DNA of 64,000 nucleotides from a bacterium (GTDB taxonomy: Bacteria > Bacteroidota > Bacteroidia > Bacteroidales > UBA932). Under the pieces are notes generated by a model. It was not told the DNA's origin. It searched no databases and was given only the letters and a program-made list of their open reading frames with translations. The DNA is taken from NCBI GenBank assembly GCA_963627885.1, contig CAVGCT010000019.1, positions 391-64,390 on the forward strand. The letters run 5' to 3'. The translations under genes were made by a program, and so were the position numbers. This document shows, piece by piece, positions 20,299-28,704 of the stretch (position 1 is its first letter; each line of letters opens with the position of its first letter).

Positions 20299-21936
20299 TC
20301 AGAGACCCAAGGGCTTATACATTTCAAGTGCCTTATACAACTGGGTGTCATAGCGCAGCCTGCGTTTGATCCCGGCCTCCTGATAGTAGTAGCGCACGAT
20401 AATTTCCTCCTCAATGAAAGGAATGAGTTCGCTCTTTTTCATTTTCAGGAAAACTTCCTTGTCCAGGTCTATGGCCTTGCCCAGAGCATCAAGTTCAGAC
20501 TTCACCGAGTCATCGATTCCGTCCTTTTCCAGTTCCTTCTTCATCTGGTCGAAAAGAGTCTTGGCGCTGGAACGGTAATCGAACTTCTTGTCCTTGGCAA
20601 AGGCCACGAAGTCCCTGTAATCTTCGTCAGTGAACTCGAATTCATCGGCCGGGGCTATGCTGTCATGCCGGCGGACATAGTCCAGGGCATACTGCTCCAC
20701 AATTCCGCCCAGCACAAGAGAGTACACGATGCGGCTATATTCCTGCTCCGGCACTTCGATGTCGGGAGTGATTCCGCCGCCGTCCCGCACGATCCTGCCT
20801 CCGGCAGTCTTGAACTCATGGGTGAGCGAATCGGGAATGTGCCCCACGCTGCCGTCCTCGTTGCGGTCGGCATAGTCTATGGCCTGCACACAGCGTCCGC
20901 TCGGAGTGTAATATTTGGCGGTAGTCACTTTCAGCTGTCCGTTATAGGGAAGCGGACGGATGCTCTGCACCAGCCCCTTTCCATAGGTGCGGCGCCCCAT
21001 GACGGTGCCCCTGTCATAGTCCTGCATGGCGCCGGAAATGATTTCCGAAGCGGATGCCGTCGCGCCGTTCACCATGACGATGATGGGGGTTTCGGTGTCG
21101 ATGGGATCCAGAGATGTCCTGTATTCAAAATTGTCGGCGATGGATTTTCCCTTCTGGGAGACTACCAGCGAACCCTTGGGGACAAAAAGCGACACGATGT
21201 TGACGGCCTCGCTCAGAAGGCCTCCGCCGTTGCTTCTCAAATCCAGCACGAGCAGCCTCATGCCCTGCTTCTTGAGGTTCAGCACGGCTTCTCGCACGGC
21301 TGCCGAGACATTTTCGGTGAAGCCCGTCTGAAGTATATAGCCGGTGGTGTCGTTGACCATTCCGGCATATTCCACATCAGGGAGATGGATTCTCTCTCTA
21401 GTGACCGAGATGGTCTCCTCCGCACCGCCCCTCACCCTGCGGACTCTGAACGTGACATCGGTGCCGGGCTTGCCCTTCATCCTGTCACTGCACTCCTTGG
21501 TCTCGAGGCCCACTGTCGACACTCCGTCAATAGACAGTATCTCGTCACCCGCCACCAGCCCGGCCTTCTGGGCGGGGCAGTTTGCATAGGGCTCGGTCAC
21601 AAACAGATAGCCGTCTTTTTCCGGCTTATATATCACTGCGCCGATTCCGCCGTAGGTCTTGCCGATCATCATCTGAAAGTCCTCGTTCTCCTCCTCGGGC
21701 ACATAGACCGTGTAGGGATCCAGACTGGAGAGTTTGGCATCGATCCCGGCCCGCTCCATTCTGTCTATGGGAAGGCTGTCGACATAGGACCTGTCCAGTT
21801 CCTTCAATATGGCGTTTTCGATCTCGACCCATTTTCCCATCTTGAAATTACGGGTCTGACCCGCGGCGGGAACCGTCCATGCGACGATCGACGCCACGGC
21901 GAGGACACATATGAATGTCTTTATGCTTCTGTACAT
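20299..21936 (-). CDS. S41-family carboxyl-terminal processing peptidase
   Basis: 545 aa from ATG 21936 (MYRSIKTFICVLAVAS signal). PDZ region (GDEILSIDG), LDLRSNGGG and ASASEI catalytic motifs. The track ORF carries a 110-aa spurious extension. Confidence 0.88.
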   Translation of the reverse strand: MYRSIKTFICVLAVASIVAWTVPAAGQTRNFKMGKWVEIENAILKELDRSYVDSLPIDRMERAGIDAKLSSLDPYTVYVPEEENEDFQMMIGKTYGGIGAVIYKPEKDGYLFVTEPYANCPAQKAGLVAGDEILSIDGVSTVGLETKECSDRMKGKPGTDVTFRVRRVRGGAEETISVTRERIHLPDVEYAGMVNDTTGYILQTGFTENVSAAVREAVLNLKKQGMRLLVLDLRSNGGGLLSEAVNIVSLFVPKGSLVVSQKGKSIADNFEYRTSLDPIDTETPIIVMVNGATASASEIISGAMQDYDRGTVMGRRTYGKGLVQSIRPLPYNGQLKVTTAKYYTPSGRCVQAIDYADRNEDGSVGHIPDSLTHEFKTAGGRIVRDGGGITPDIEVPEQEYSRIVYSLVLGGIVEQYALDYVRRHDSIAPADEFEFTDEDYRDFVAFAKDKKFDYRSSAKTLFDQMKKELEKDGIDDSVKSELDALGKAIDLDKEVFLKMKKSELIPFIEEEIIVRYYYQEAGIKRRLRYDTQLYKALEMYKPLGL

Positions 21937-22004
21937 CTTCAACAGACTTTTATCAGATTTGCCCGTTACGGACAAACAAAACACTAATATAGCGGAATTT
22001 TGAT

Positions 22005-22012
22005 TAGGTTTG
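22005..22012 (+). promoter_or_regulatory. -7 promoter box TAGGTTTG upstream of lplA
   Basis: TAnnTTTG match 24 nt upstream of ATG 22036. Confidence 0.45.
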
Positions 22013-22035
22013 CACGTCAAACAGCCCTCTACAGA

Positions 22036-23016
22036 ATGAAATACCTTGTGAACGAATCTCTGGACCCGTACTTCAACATGGCCTTCGACGAATTCTGCCT
22101 GCAGTCTCTGGACTCGGACGAGCCGGTGTTCTACCTGTGGCGCAATTCCCCTTCGGTCATCATCGGGCTGAACCAGAACGCCTATTCGGAAGTCAACCTC
22201 CCCTATCTGAAGGAGCATGGGATAAACCTTGCCCGCAGGGTTACCGGCGGCGGCGCCGTCTATCACGATCTCGGAAACGTCAACTACACTATCACCGGCC
22301 GTTCACGCGCTCTGGAAGAGGACTATCCGGGCTATGCCGCAATGATGGCGGATGTTCTCCGGCAGCTCGGGGCCGAGGCCGAAGTCACGGGACGCAACGA
22401 CATTCTGGTGGATGGACGGAAAGTGTCAGGCTTCGCAAAAAGGGTGTGGAAAGACAGACTCATGGTCCATGGCACCCTGATGTTTGACGTGGATCTGGGC
22501 GAGCTCACCAGGGCACTCTCCGTCCCCGGCGGCAAGCTTGAGGCCTCCGGGATAGCCTCGGTGCGATCCAGGGTGATGAACCTGAAAGAAAAACTTTCCG
22601 GAATCGGAACGCCCGAAGAACTAATGGCCGCGGCCTGGGACATTCTGTCCCACGGAGGCAGGGACGGCAGGCTGGAGCTTTCCCCGGAACAGATCGGAAG
22701 CATAAAGGAAGAGGCGGACTCCAAGTTCCGGACCTGGGAATGGACCTTCGGCAAATCGCGCGAGGCGAAATTCTCCCGAAAGGCGAAATTCGCCTGCGGC
22801 ACCGTCTCCGTGGACTTCAGCGTGGACCGCGGCAAGATTCTCAGGCTGGCGTTCGGAGGAGATTTCATAGGCGACCTTCCGTCTGAAGACCTGGCCGCGG
22901 CGCTGGAAGGCTGCCGCTATGAAAGGAGCGCGGTGGAAAGCGTGCTGAAAGCGAAGTCCGTCGAAAAATATTTCGACGGACTTCGCTGCGGAGATCTCGA
23001 AAATCTCCTGTTCTGA
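22036..23016 (+). CDS. lplA: lipoate-protein ligase
   Basis: MKYLVNESLDPYFNMAFDE..., RRVTGGGAVYHDLGN, KVSGFA motifs. ATG 22036 fits the promoter box at 22005. Confidence 0.88.
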   Translation: MKYLVNESLDPYFNMAFDEFCLQSLDSDEPVFYLWRNSPSVIIGLNQNAYSEVNLPYLKEHGINLARRVTGGGAVYHDLGNVNYTITGRSRALEEDYPGYAAMMADVLRQLGAEAEVTGRNDILVDGRKVSGFAKRVWKDRLMVHGTLMFDVDLGELTRALSVPGGKLEASGIASVRSRVMNLKEKLSGIGTPEELMAAAWDILSHGGRDGRLELSPEQIGSIKEEADSKFRTWEWTFGKSREAKFSRKAKFACGTVSVDFSVDRGKILRLAFGGDFIGDLPSEDLAAALEGCRYERSAVESVLKAKSVEKYFDGLRCGDLENLLF

Positions 23017-23024
23017 CAGGTGAC

Positions 23025-24401
23025 CTATTCCGCCGTGAAGGCGATTTCTCTCAGAATTTCACTCACGGAAGGATGCGGGAACACCGTCTCTTTCAGGTCG
23101 TCCACCGTCATTTTCTTCTCTATGGCCATGCACATGCTGTGGATCAGCTCAGAACAGGGGTTTCCGAGCATATGGGCGCCCAATATCCTGCGGTCCTCTC
23201 CGACCAGAAGCTTGCATAGTCCGTCGCCTCTCTCATTTTCCGCGACAAAGCGGCCGGAATAGTTCATGGAAAGCCTGAGCACTTTCACCGGAATGCCCTT
23301 GGCCCCGGCTTCAGCCTCGGTGAGTCCGACGCCGGCCACTTCGGGATTGGTGTAAACAACTCCCGGGATGGCCTCGTAGCTCATTCTGTCATCCTTCCCC
23401 AGCATGTCATTCACAGCCACTTCGCCTTCACGGCTTGCAGTGTGGGCCAACATTGAGAAACCGGTTATGTCACCGGCCGCCCAGACTCCGGGCACACTGG
23501 TGCGCATTTTTTCGTCCACCTTCACTCCGCAGGGCCTGCCGGCGCGGTTCAGGGTCATCTCGAGCCCGAGAGCTTCAAGGCCGCCAAGCACGGCCTTGCG
23601 GCCGACACTCACGAGAATTCTGTCGCCGGACACCTTTTCGGTCTCGCCTCCGGCACTCTCGAACACCACCGAATTTCCTTCGACGGCGGTCACTTTGCAG
23701 CCGAGACGGAAATCGATGCCTTTTTTCTCATAGATTTTCTGAAGCATGGCGCTGATCTCATCGTCCAGCGGCCCAAGTATCTTGGGAAGCATCTCCACCA
23801 CCGTGACTCTGGTCCCCATGGTGCTGAAGAACGATGCGAACTCCATCCCCACGACGCCGCCGCCTATCACCACCAATGACTCGGGACGTTCGCGCATGGA
23901 AAGTATCTCCCTGTTGGTCATTATGATGTCTCCGGCGTCCACGAGACCCGGGAAAGGCGGCACGGCGGCTTCGGAACCCGTGCAGAGCAGAAGCCTGGAA
24001 GCGGCATATTCCTCACCGGCGGCCTCGATGACGAAGCCTTCGGCGACGCGTCCCTTCACAACGGCTTCGGCGTTCACGACTTCCACGCCGGCGGCCTTCA
24101 TGGCAGCCTTGACGCCTCCGACCAGTTTTTTGACCACCTTGTCCTTGCGGTCCATTATCTTGCCATAGTCAAAGGCCGGATTCTCCACGGAGATCCCGTA
24201 TTTGCCGCCTTCAATGGCATAGTTATACACTTTCGCACTGTAGAGAAGCGTCTTGGTGGGTATGCAGCCTTCGTTCAGGCACACTCCCCCGAGAGATTTT
24301 TTCTCGAACAGCACGGTCTTGAGACCGGCGGCACCGGCTCTTTCAGCGGCGACATACCCCCCGGGGCCGCCGCCAACAATAGCCAAATCACAGGTTATCA
24401 T
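23025..24401 (-). CDS. lpdA: dihydrolipoyl dehydrogenase
   Basis: 458 aa. FAD motif VGGGPGGY and redox-active GGVCLNEGCIPTK. Ends 8 nt from the convergent lplA stop. Confidence 0.93.
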   Translation of the reverse strand: MITCDLAIVGGGPGGYVAAERAGAAGLKTVLFEKKSLGGVCLNEGCIPTKTLLYSAKVYNYAIEGGKYGISVENPAFDYGKIMDRKDKVVKKLVGGVKAAMKAAGVEVVNAEAVVKGRVAEGFVIEAAGEEYAASRLLLCTGSEAAVPPFPGLVDAGDIIMTNREILSMRERPESLVVIGGGVVGMEFASFFSTMGTRVTVVEMLPKILGPLDDEISAMLQKIYEKKGIDFRLGCKVTAVEGNSVVFESAGGETEKVSGDRILVSVGRKAVLGGLEALGLEMTLNRAGRPCGVKVDEKMRTSVPGVWAAGDITGFSMLAHTASREGEVAVNDMLGKDDRMSYEAIPGVVYTNPEVAGVGLTEAEAGAKGIPVKVLRLSMNYSGRFVAENERGDGLCKLLVGEDRRILGAHMLGNPCSELIHSMCMAIEKKMTVDDLKETVFPHPSVSEILREIAFTAE

Positions 24402-24415
24402 ATATGGTTATGGTT

Positions 24416-24922
24416 TTAGAGTCCTTCAGGAATGCGCAGACTGAGCCGTCTGGCATCGGGATCCGCCGACAGCAGCAGATCGTCATTGACGGGAAACAGC
24501 GCTTCTTCGCCGCCGTTCTCCACCACCAGGCAGGGATTGCCCGGAATGTCCTCAATATCTTTGACCGTCCCTCTCAGCCTTCCCTTTTCGTCCAGCACCT
24601 CCCACCCCACAAGGTCACCGAGATCTTCTTCAGTTTCTTCGCCATAGTCGGCGCCGGAGGCCCAGACCTCGCGCCCGGCGGCCTCGTCGGCATCCTTGAG
24701 CGAGTCTATGTCATTGAGCTTCACCAGCGCGCGGCCGTTGCCGCGAAGGGTCATGGAGAGGACAAAAAAAGGAACCGGCAGTCCATCATAATAGATGAAC
24801 ACCGGTTCGTCCGTGTCGATTTCTTCAGGGTCCACGCCGCGGAAACTTATCAGAAGTTCTCCGTCGGTACCGTTCGACTTGAGCACCTGTCCAATCCGGA
24901 CAAGACCCTCGGACCCCTTCAT
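24416..24922 (-). CDS. rimM: 16S rRNA processing protein RimM
   Basis: 168 aa, with RimM/PRC-barrel layout. Lies immediately downstream of rpsP, the conserved order. Confidence 0.85.
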   Translation of the reverse strand: MKGSEGLVRIGQVLKSNGTDGELLISFRGVDPEEIDTDEPVFIYYDGLPVPFFVLSMTLRGNGRALVKLNDIDSLKDADEAAGREVWASGADYGEETEEDLGDLVGWEVLDEKGRLRGTVKDIEDIPGNPCLVVENGGEEALFPVNDDLLLSADPDARRLSLRIPEGL

Positions 24923-24932
24923 GGTGAAAAAC

Positions 24933-25499
24933 TTAGGCCTCGGGGGTTGCGGCAGGAGCTTCTTCAGCAGCGGCCTCTACAGCCTCTGCAGCTACAGCCT
25001 GGGCAGCCTCTTCGGCAGCCTTTCTGGCGGCTTCCTCAGCATCTGCCTTCTTCTTGGCGATAGCTGCGGCCCTTTCGTTGTTCACATTGATCTCAGCCTC
25101 TTTGGCGGCTCTTGCCTTCTCGGCGGCCTCTTTGCTGAGACCCTGCCTCCTGGCTTCGAGCTTGGCGTCTCTCTGAGCTTTCCAATCAGCGAGTTTTCTG
25201 TCTGCCTGCTCCTGTGTGAGGGCTCCCTTGGCGACGCCGCCGTCGAGGTGGTGACGCATGAGAACTCCTTCGTGGGAGAGAATGTTACGGGCGGTCAGAG
25301 TGGGCTGGGCACCGACCTTGATCCAAGCGAGAGCCCTCTCTTCGTTGAGAACGACAGTTGCGGGATCTGTGTTGGGATTGTAGGTGCCGAGGAGCTCGAT
25401 GAAGCGTCCATCGCGTTTTGTGTGAGAATCAGCCACAACAATGTGGAAGAATGCGAAATTCTTCTTACCGTGGCGCTGAAGACGGATTTTAACAGCCAT
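24933..25499 (-). CDS. rpsP: 30S ribosomal protein S16 with Ala/Glu/Lys-rich C-terminal extension
   Basis: MAVKIRLQRHGKKNFAFFHIVVADS core, then a low-complexity tail of about 100 aa. Confidence 0.95.
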   Translation of the reverse strand: MAVKIRLQRHGKKNFAFFHIVVADSHTKRDGRFIELLGTYNPNTDPATVVLNEERALAWIKVGAQPTLTARNILSHEGVLMRHHLDGGVAKGALTQEQADRKLADWKAQRDAKLEARRQGLSKEAAEKARAAKEAEINVNNERAAAIAKKKADAEEAARKAAEEAAQAVAAEAVEAAAEEAPAATPEA

Positions 25500-25558
25500 T
25501 GTGAATCTGTTTTATTGATTGATATAATAAGTTATGCACCCTGCACGAGAATGCGTCG

Positions 25559-25566
25559 CAAAGTTA
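25559..25566 (-). promoter_or_regulatory. -7 promoter box TAACTTTG upstream of rpsP-rimM
   Basis: TAnnTTTG match on the minus strand, about 60 nt upstream of ATG 25499. Confidence 0.45.
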
Positions 25567-25650
25567 TGAATACTTTTCCAAGTTCAAAAGCGCTCCGCAT
25601 TTTTTTACCCAAAAATCTTCTCCAATTTTTGGATATTAAATATTCCTGCG

Positions 25651-25658
25651 TATATTTG
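25651..25658 (+). promoter_or_regulatory. -7 promoter box TATATTTG upstream of tRNA-Leu
   Basis: TAnnTTTG match 19 nt before the mature tRNA 5' end. A TTTTG is about 20 nt further upstream. Confidence 0.5.
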
Positions 25659-25676
25659 CAGTCCCAAAGCGATTTT

Positions 25677-25760
25677 GCGGATGTGGTGAAATGGTAGACA
25701 CGCCACTTTGAGGGGGTGGTGGACGATTTGTCCGTGGGAGTTCGACTCTCCCCATCCGCA
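25677..25760 (+). tRNA. tRNA-Leu (anticodon GAG)
   Basis: Hand-folded cloverleaf. Acceptor GCGGATG/CATCCGC, anticodon stem CCACT/GGTGG, loop TTGAGGG (U33, G37). Long variable arm GGAC-GATTT-GTCC and T arm GGGAG-TTCGACT-CTCCC. CCA is not encoded. Confidence 0.93.
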
Positions 25761-25762
25761 CG

Positions 25763-25801
25763 AAAGGGGCTGACCGGAATTTTTCCGGTCAGCCCCTTTT
25801 T
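25763..25801 (+). terminator. intrinsic terminator after tRNA-Leu
   Basis: AAA-GGGGCTGACCGG-AATTTTT-CCGGTCAGCCCC-TTTTT. Confidence 0.8.
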
Positions 25802-25833
25802 CTTACCCTCCTGCGCAGTTCCGTGATTTTTCA

Positions 25834-25841
25834 TAACTTTG
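25834..25841 (+). promoter_or_regulatory. -7 promoter box TAACTTTG upstream of the barrel/lipoprotein pair
   Basis: TAnnTTTG match about 60-75 nt upstream of the candidate starts. Confidence 0.4.
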
Positions 25842-25913
25842 GGCGCAAGGTTCTGAGAATTCTGACATTTATAATGTAATTCCCGGGTATAGAAACTTAT
25901 GACAGCTTATATC

Positions 25914-26636
25914 ATGATGAAGAAGGTCTTTTTGTGCGCAGCCGCGGCCGTGCTGATGCCGGCGACGGTGTCGGCCCAGACACGCAGTAACGCCGACAGA
26001 AGCGACGACCTCGGGGCCTATGTGGGACTGATCGCCCCCCTGGGCTCTTCAACGGGCAGCTACGGGGCCGAAGTCATGTACGGAATCACCTATGGCCATT
26101 ACCACTCCAACGGCATAGGCTACAGGGCCGGATTCTACCACATCCCGTCGTTGTACGACATTGACAATTCGTTCGGGATTCCTATAGCCTTTTCCTACCG
26201 CACCAAAGACAGAAGTACTTCCGAGAGGCTCACTTCCGCGGCATACGGCTCCGCCTATCAGATGGTCAGCCAGCCGTATTCCGGGCCCGGCGATTTTCTG
26301 GCGGCTTTTCTCATGAACCTGTTCAGCAGAGCCGAGTTCAGCATAGGGCTCACTCCGGGCTATGTGGCCGGAAGCGGCAGCGGGCGCCATAATGTGAGCC
26401 ATGCCGGTGGAAGCAGTTCCTATTGGACCGAAAAGCACACCAGCCTTTCGTTGTCAGCGGACGCCGGCGCCGGATTCAATTTCCGGATATGGCGCTTCGA
26501 TCTGAAGGCGGCTCCGGCCTTCCGCTTCATGCTTACAGAAAACTATGTCCATTGCACCGATTACGGAAACTCTCCGGAAAAGAAGACGCAAAGGTGGTTC
26601 TTCACCATGTCGGGCGGACTTTCATATAAGTTCTGA
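25914..26636 (+). CDS. hypothetical outer-membrane beta-barrel protein
   Basis: Signal peptide MMKKVFLCAAAAVLMPATVSAQ. Alternating Gly/Tyr/Ser-rich strands and a C-terminal ...GGLSYKF beta-signal. The first in-frame ATG is at 25899. Confidence 0.5.
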   Translation: MMKKVFLCAAAAVLMPATVSAQTRSNADRSDDLGAYVGLIAPLGSSTGSYGAEVMYGITYGHYHSNGIGYRAGFYHIPSLYDIDNSFGIPIAFSYRTKDRSTSERLTSAAYGSAYQMVSQPYSGPGDFLAAFLMNLFSRAEFSIGLTPGYVAGSGSGRHNVSHAGGSSSYWTEKHTSLSLSADAGAGFNFRIWRFDLKAAPAFRFMLTENYVHCTDYGNSPEKKTQRWFFTMSGGLSYKF

Positions 26637-26661
26637 CAGATTAAAAAACTCACACTGAATA

Positions 26662-27414
26662 ATGAAAACAGTCAAATTGGCAATTCTGGTGCTCGCCGCC
26701 GCAACGGCCGTGTCCTGCCTCGGACACAGCAACACCTCCACTTCGTTCTACACCTGCGACACTTTCTCCTATGACGATTTCATCACGGAGAATCCGGACA
26801 GCGTCGCCTTCGCGGAAGGATTTATAGGCAACTCGGGGTATTTCGCCTACAGCGCAAAAATGGACGATAAAGTGTTCAAGGGCGGCTTTGCCCTCTCGAT
26901 GAAGCTGGATCCCGTCTTGGATGGCATCTATTCCGGTTATTCCATTGACAAGGAAAGCGGCAAAGGCACGAAAGGAAACATCTTTGCGGTGTTCTGCCAG
27001 AACCCCGATGAATCCTGCATGCCGGAGCACGACATAGAATTCTACCGCAGCACCACATCCAAGGCCCTGGTGACAGTCGAGCCCGACATCTGCTATGTCG
27101 CCAATGCGAATGTGGTGCTGAACGCAATCAAATATGGCCGCGGCGGCGCTTCCAAGTTCGACGAAGGAGACTATTTCAATCTTATCATCACCGGCTACAA
27201 CTCCGCCAAGGCCAAGACAGGCGAAGTGAAGGTGGAGATGGCCAAATATGAAGGTTCCCTCTCGTATGTAAAGGAATGGACCAAAGTGGAGCTCAAAACT
27301 TTGGGAGATATAACCTATATAGACTTCTCTCTGGAAACCAACAGGACCGACCTCCATCTGGACCGCATCTGCATGGACCAGCTCACCACGCTGGTGGCCA
27401 TAGAAGAATCCTGA
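26662..27414 (+). CDS. hypothetical surface lipoprotein
   Basis: 250 aa. Lipoprotein signal MKTVKLAILVLAAATAVSC. No motif I can assign with certainty. 25 nt downstream of the barrel gene. Confidence 0.5.
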   Translation: MKTVKLAILVLAAATAVSCLGHSNTSTSFYTCDTFSYDDFITENPDSVAFAEGFIGNSGYFAYSAKMDDKVFKGGFALSMKLDPVLDGIYSGYSIDKESGKGTKGNIFAVFCQNPDESCMPEHDIEFYRSTTSKALVTVEPDICYVANANVVLNAIKYGRGGASKFDEGDYFNLIITGYNSAKAKTGEVKVEMAKYEGSLSYVKEWTKVELKTLGDITYIDFSLETNRTDLHLDRICMDQLTTLVAIEES

Positions 27415-27439
27415 TCACACATCGGACAAGATAAAACGG

Positions 27440-27470
27440 GGGCTGGCCAAAAGCACTTTTTGGCCAGCCC
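27440..27470. terminator. hairpin terminator between the lipoprotein gene (+) and hutI (-)
   Basis: GGGCTGGCCAAAA-GCAC-TTTTTGGCCAGCCC. On the minus strand it is followed by CGTTTTAT, so it fits best as the hut operon terminator. Confidence 0.65.
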
Positions 27471-27483
27471 TCTGCAATCTCGC

Positions 27484-28704
27484 CTAAACAATATGCCCAT
27501 TGAGCATCACTCTGCTTATGAAGGGCGTCTGATGGCAGTAGGGAATCATCGTGAGCGAATTCATGGGCCGGGTCACGATGAGATTGGCCAGCTTGCCGCG
27601 GGTGACTGACCCGCAGACGTCCGACAGCCCCATCGCATAGGCTCCGTTGAGCGTGCAGGCGTTGAGAGACTGCACGGGGGTGAGCTTCATCTTTATGCAG
27701 CCCATGGCCATGACGAAGCGCATGTCTCCGGACGGAGAAGACCCCGGATTGTAGTCGCTCGCCAGAGCTATGCCCAGCCCGCCGGCTATGAAATCACGAG
27801 CCTTGCCATAGGGAATTCCAAGGAAGAACGAGGATCCGGGAAGCATGGTGGGCATCGTCTCCGAACCTCTGAGACAACGTATCTCGGCCTCGCCGGCTCT
27901 CTCAAGATGGTCCACGGAAAGGGCCCCGCACTTCACTCCCGCCTGAACTCCCCCGCTGCACGCGAGCTCGTCGGCGTGGATCTTGCCGCGAAGACCGTAA
28001 CGGGCGGCGGCGGAAAGGATCCTCTCAGTGTCTTCGACAGTGAAAAAGCCCTCGTCGCAGAACACGTCCACATAGTCGGCCAGTTTTTCGGCGGCGACAG
28101 CGGGAAGCATCTTCCCGCATATCTCGTTGACATAGGCTTCGCGCGTCAGGCCGCGCGCAACCGCATGAGCCCCGAGGAAAGTGGCGCGGACCTGCAACGG
28201 GAAGGTCTCCTTTATCCGACGGATCACGCGAAGCATCTTGATTTCACTCTCTACCGAGAGTCCATAGCCGCTCTTGATCTCAAGAGCGCCGGTCCCCTTG
28301 GCGATAACCTCGCGAACCCTATCCGAGGCCTGACGGAAGAGCTCCTCCTCGGAAGTGGCCCTCAGCAGGTCGGCGGAATTCAGGATTCCGCCTCCGCGGG
28401 CTGCTATCTCCTCATAGGAAAGGCCGTTGATTTTGTCAAGAAACTCGCCGTCACGGCTTCCGGCATAGACCAGATGCGTATGCGAATCGCAGAACGACGG
28501 CAGGACCATTCCGCCCCCGGCATCCAGCACGGTGCCGGCCGAGGGGGCCGGACCGGTGCCGATATCCGAGATGAGACCGTCTTCAACCAGCACCCATGCG
28601 TTCTCAAGCGTGCCGGTTTCGGACATTTCGCGTCCTTCTTTGCGCAACACGCCCTCCGGCACGATACCGGTCAGGACGGAGATATTACTGATTACAGTTT
28701 TCAA
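27484..28704 (-). CDS. hutI: imidazolonepropionase
   Basis: 406 aa. Amidohydrolase metal ligands (FCDSHTHLVYAGSR) and HADE motif. Confidence 0.93.
   Translation of the reverse strand: MKTVISNISVLTGIVPEGVLRKEGREMSETGTLENAWVLVEDGLISDIGTGPAPSAGTVLDAGGGMVLPSFCDSHTHLVYAGSRDGEFLDKINGLSYEEIAARGGGILNSADLLRATSEEELFRQASDRVREVIAKGTGALEIKSGYGLSVESEIKMLRVIRRIKETFPLQVRATFLGAHAVARGLTREAYVNEICGKMLPAVAAEKLADYVDVFCDEGFFTVEDTERILSAAARYGLRGKIHADELACSGGVQAGVKCGALSVDHLERAGEAEIRCLRGSETMPTMLPGSSFFLGIPYGKARDFIAGGLGIALASDYNPGSSPSGDMRFVMAMGCIKMKLTPVQSLNACTLNGAYAMGLSDVCGSVTRGKLANLIVTRPMNSLTMIPYCHQTPFISRVMLNGHIV

Noticed and set aside
24933-25230. Repetitive GC-rich tract (gcagc/ggcgg/cttc periodicity), considered as a possible tandem-repeat or CRISPR-like element
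   Set aside because: It is in frame within rpsP and encodes the Ala/Glu/Lys-rich C-terminal extension common to Bacteroidota S16. There is no repeat-spacer architecture.
25532-25834. 100-aa minus-strand ORF
   Set aside because: It runs antisense through the tRNA-Leu gene and its terminator, and no coding signal was seen.
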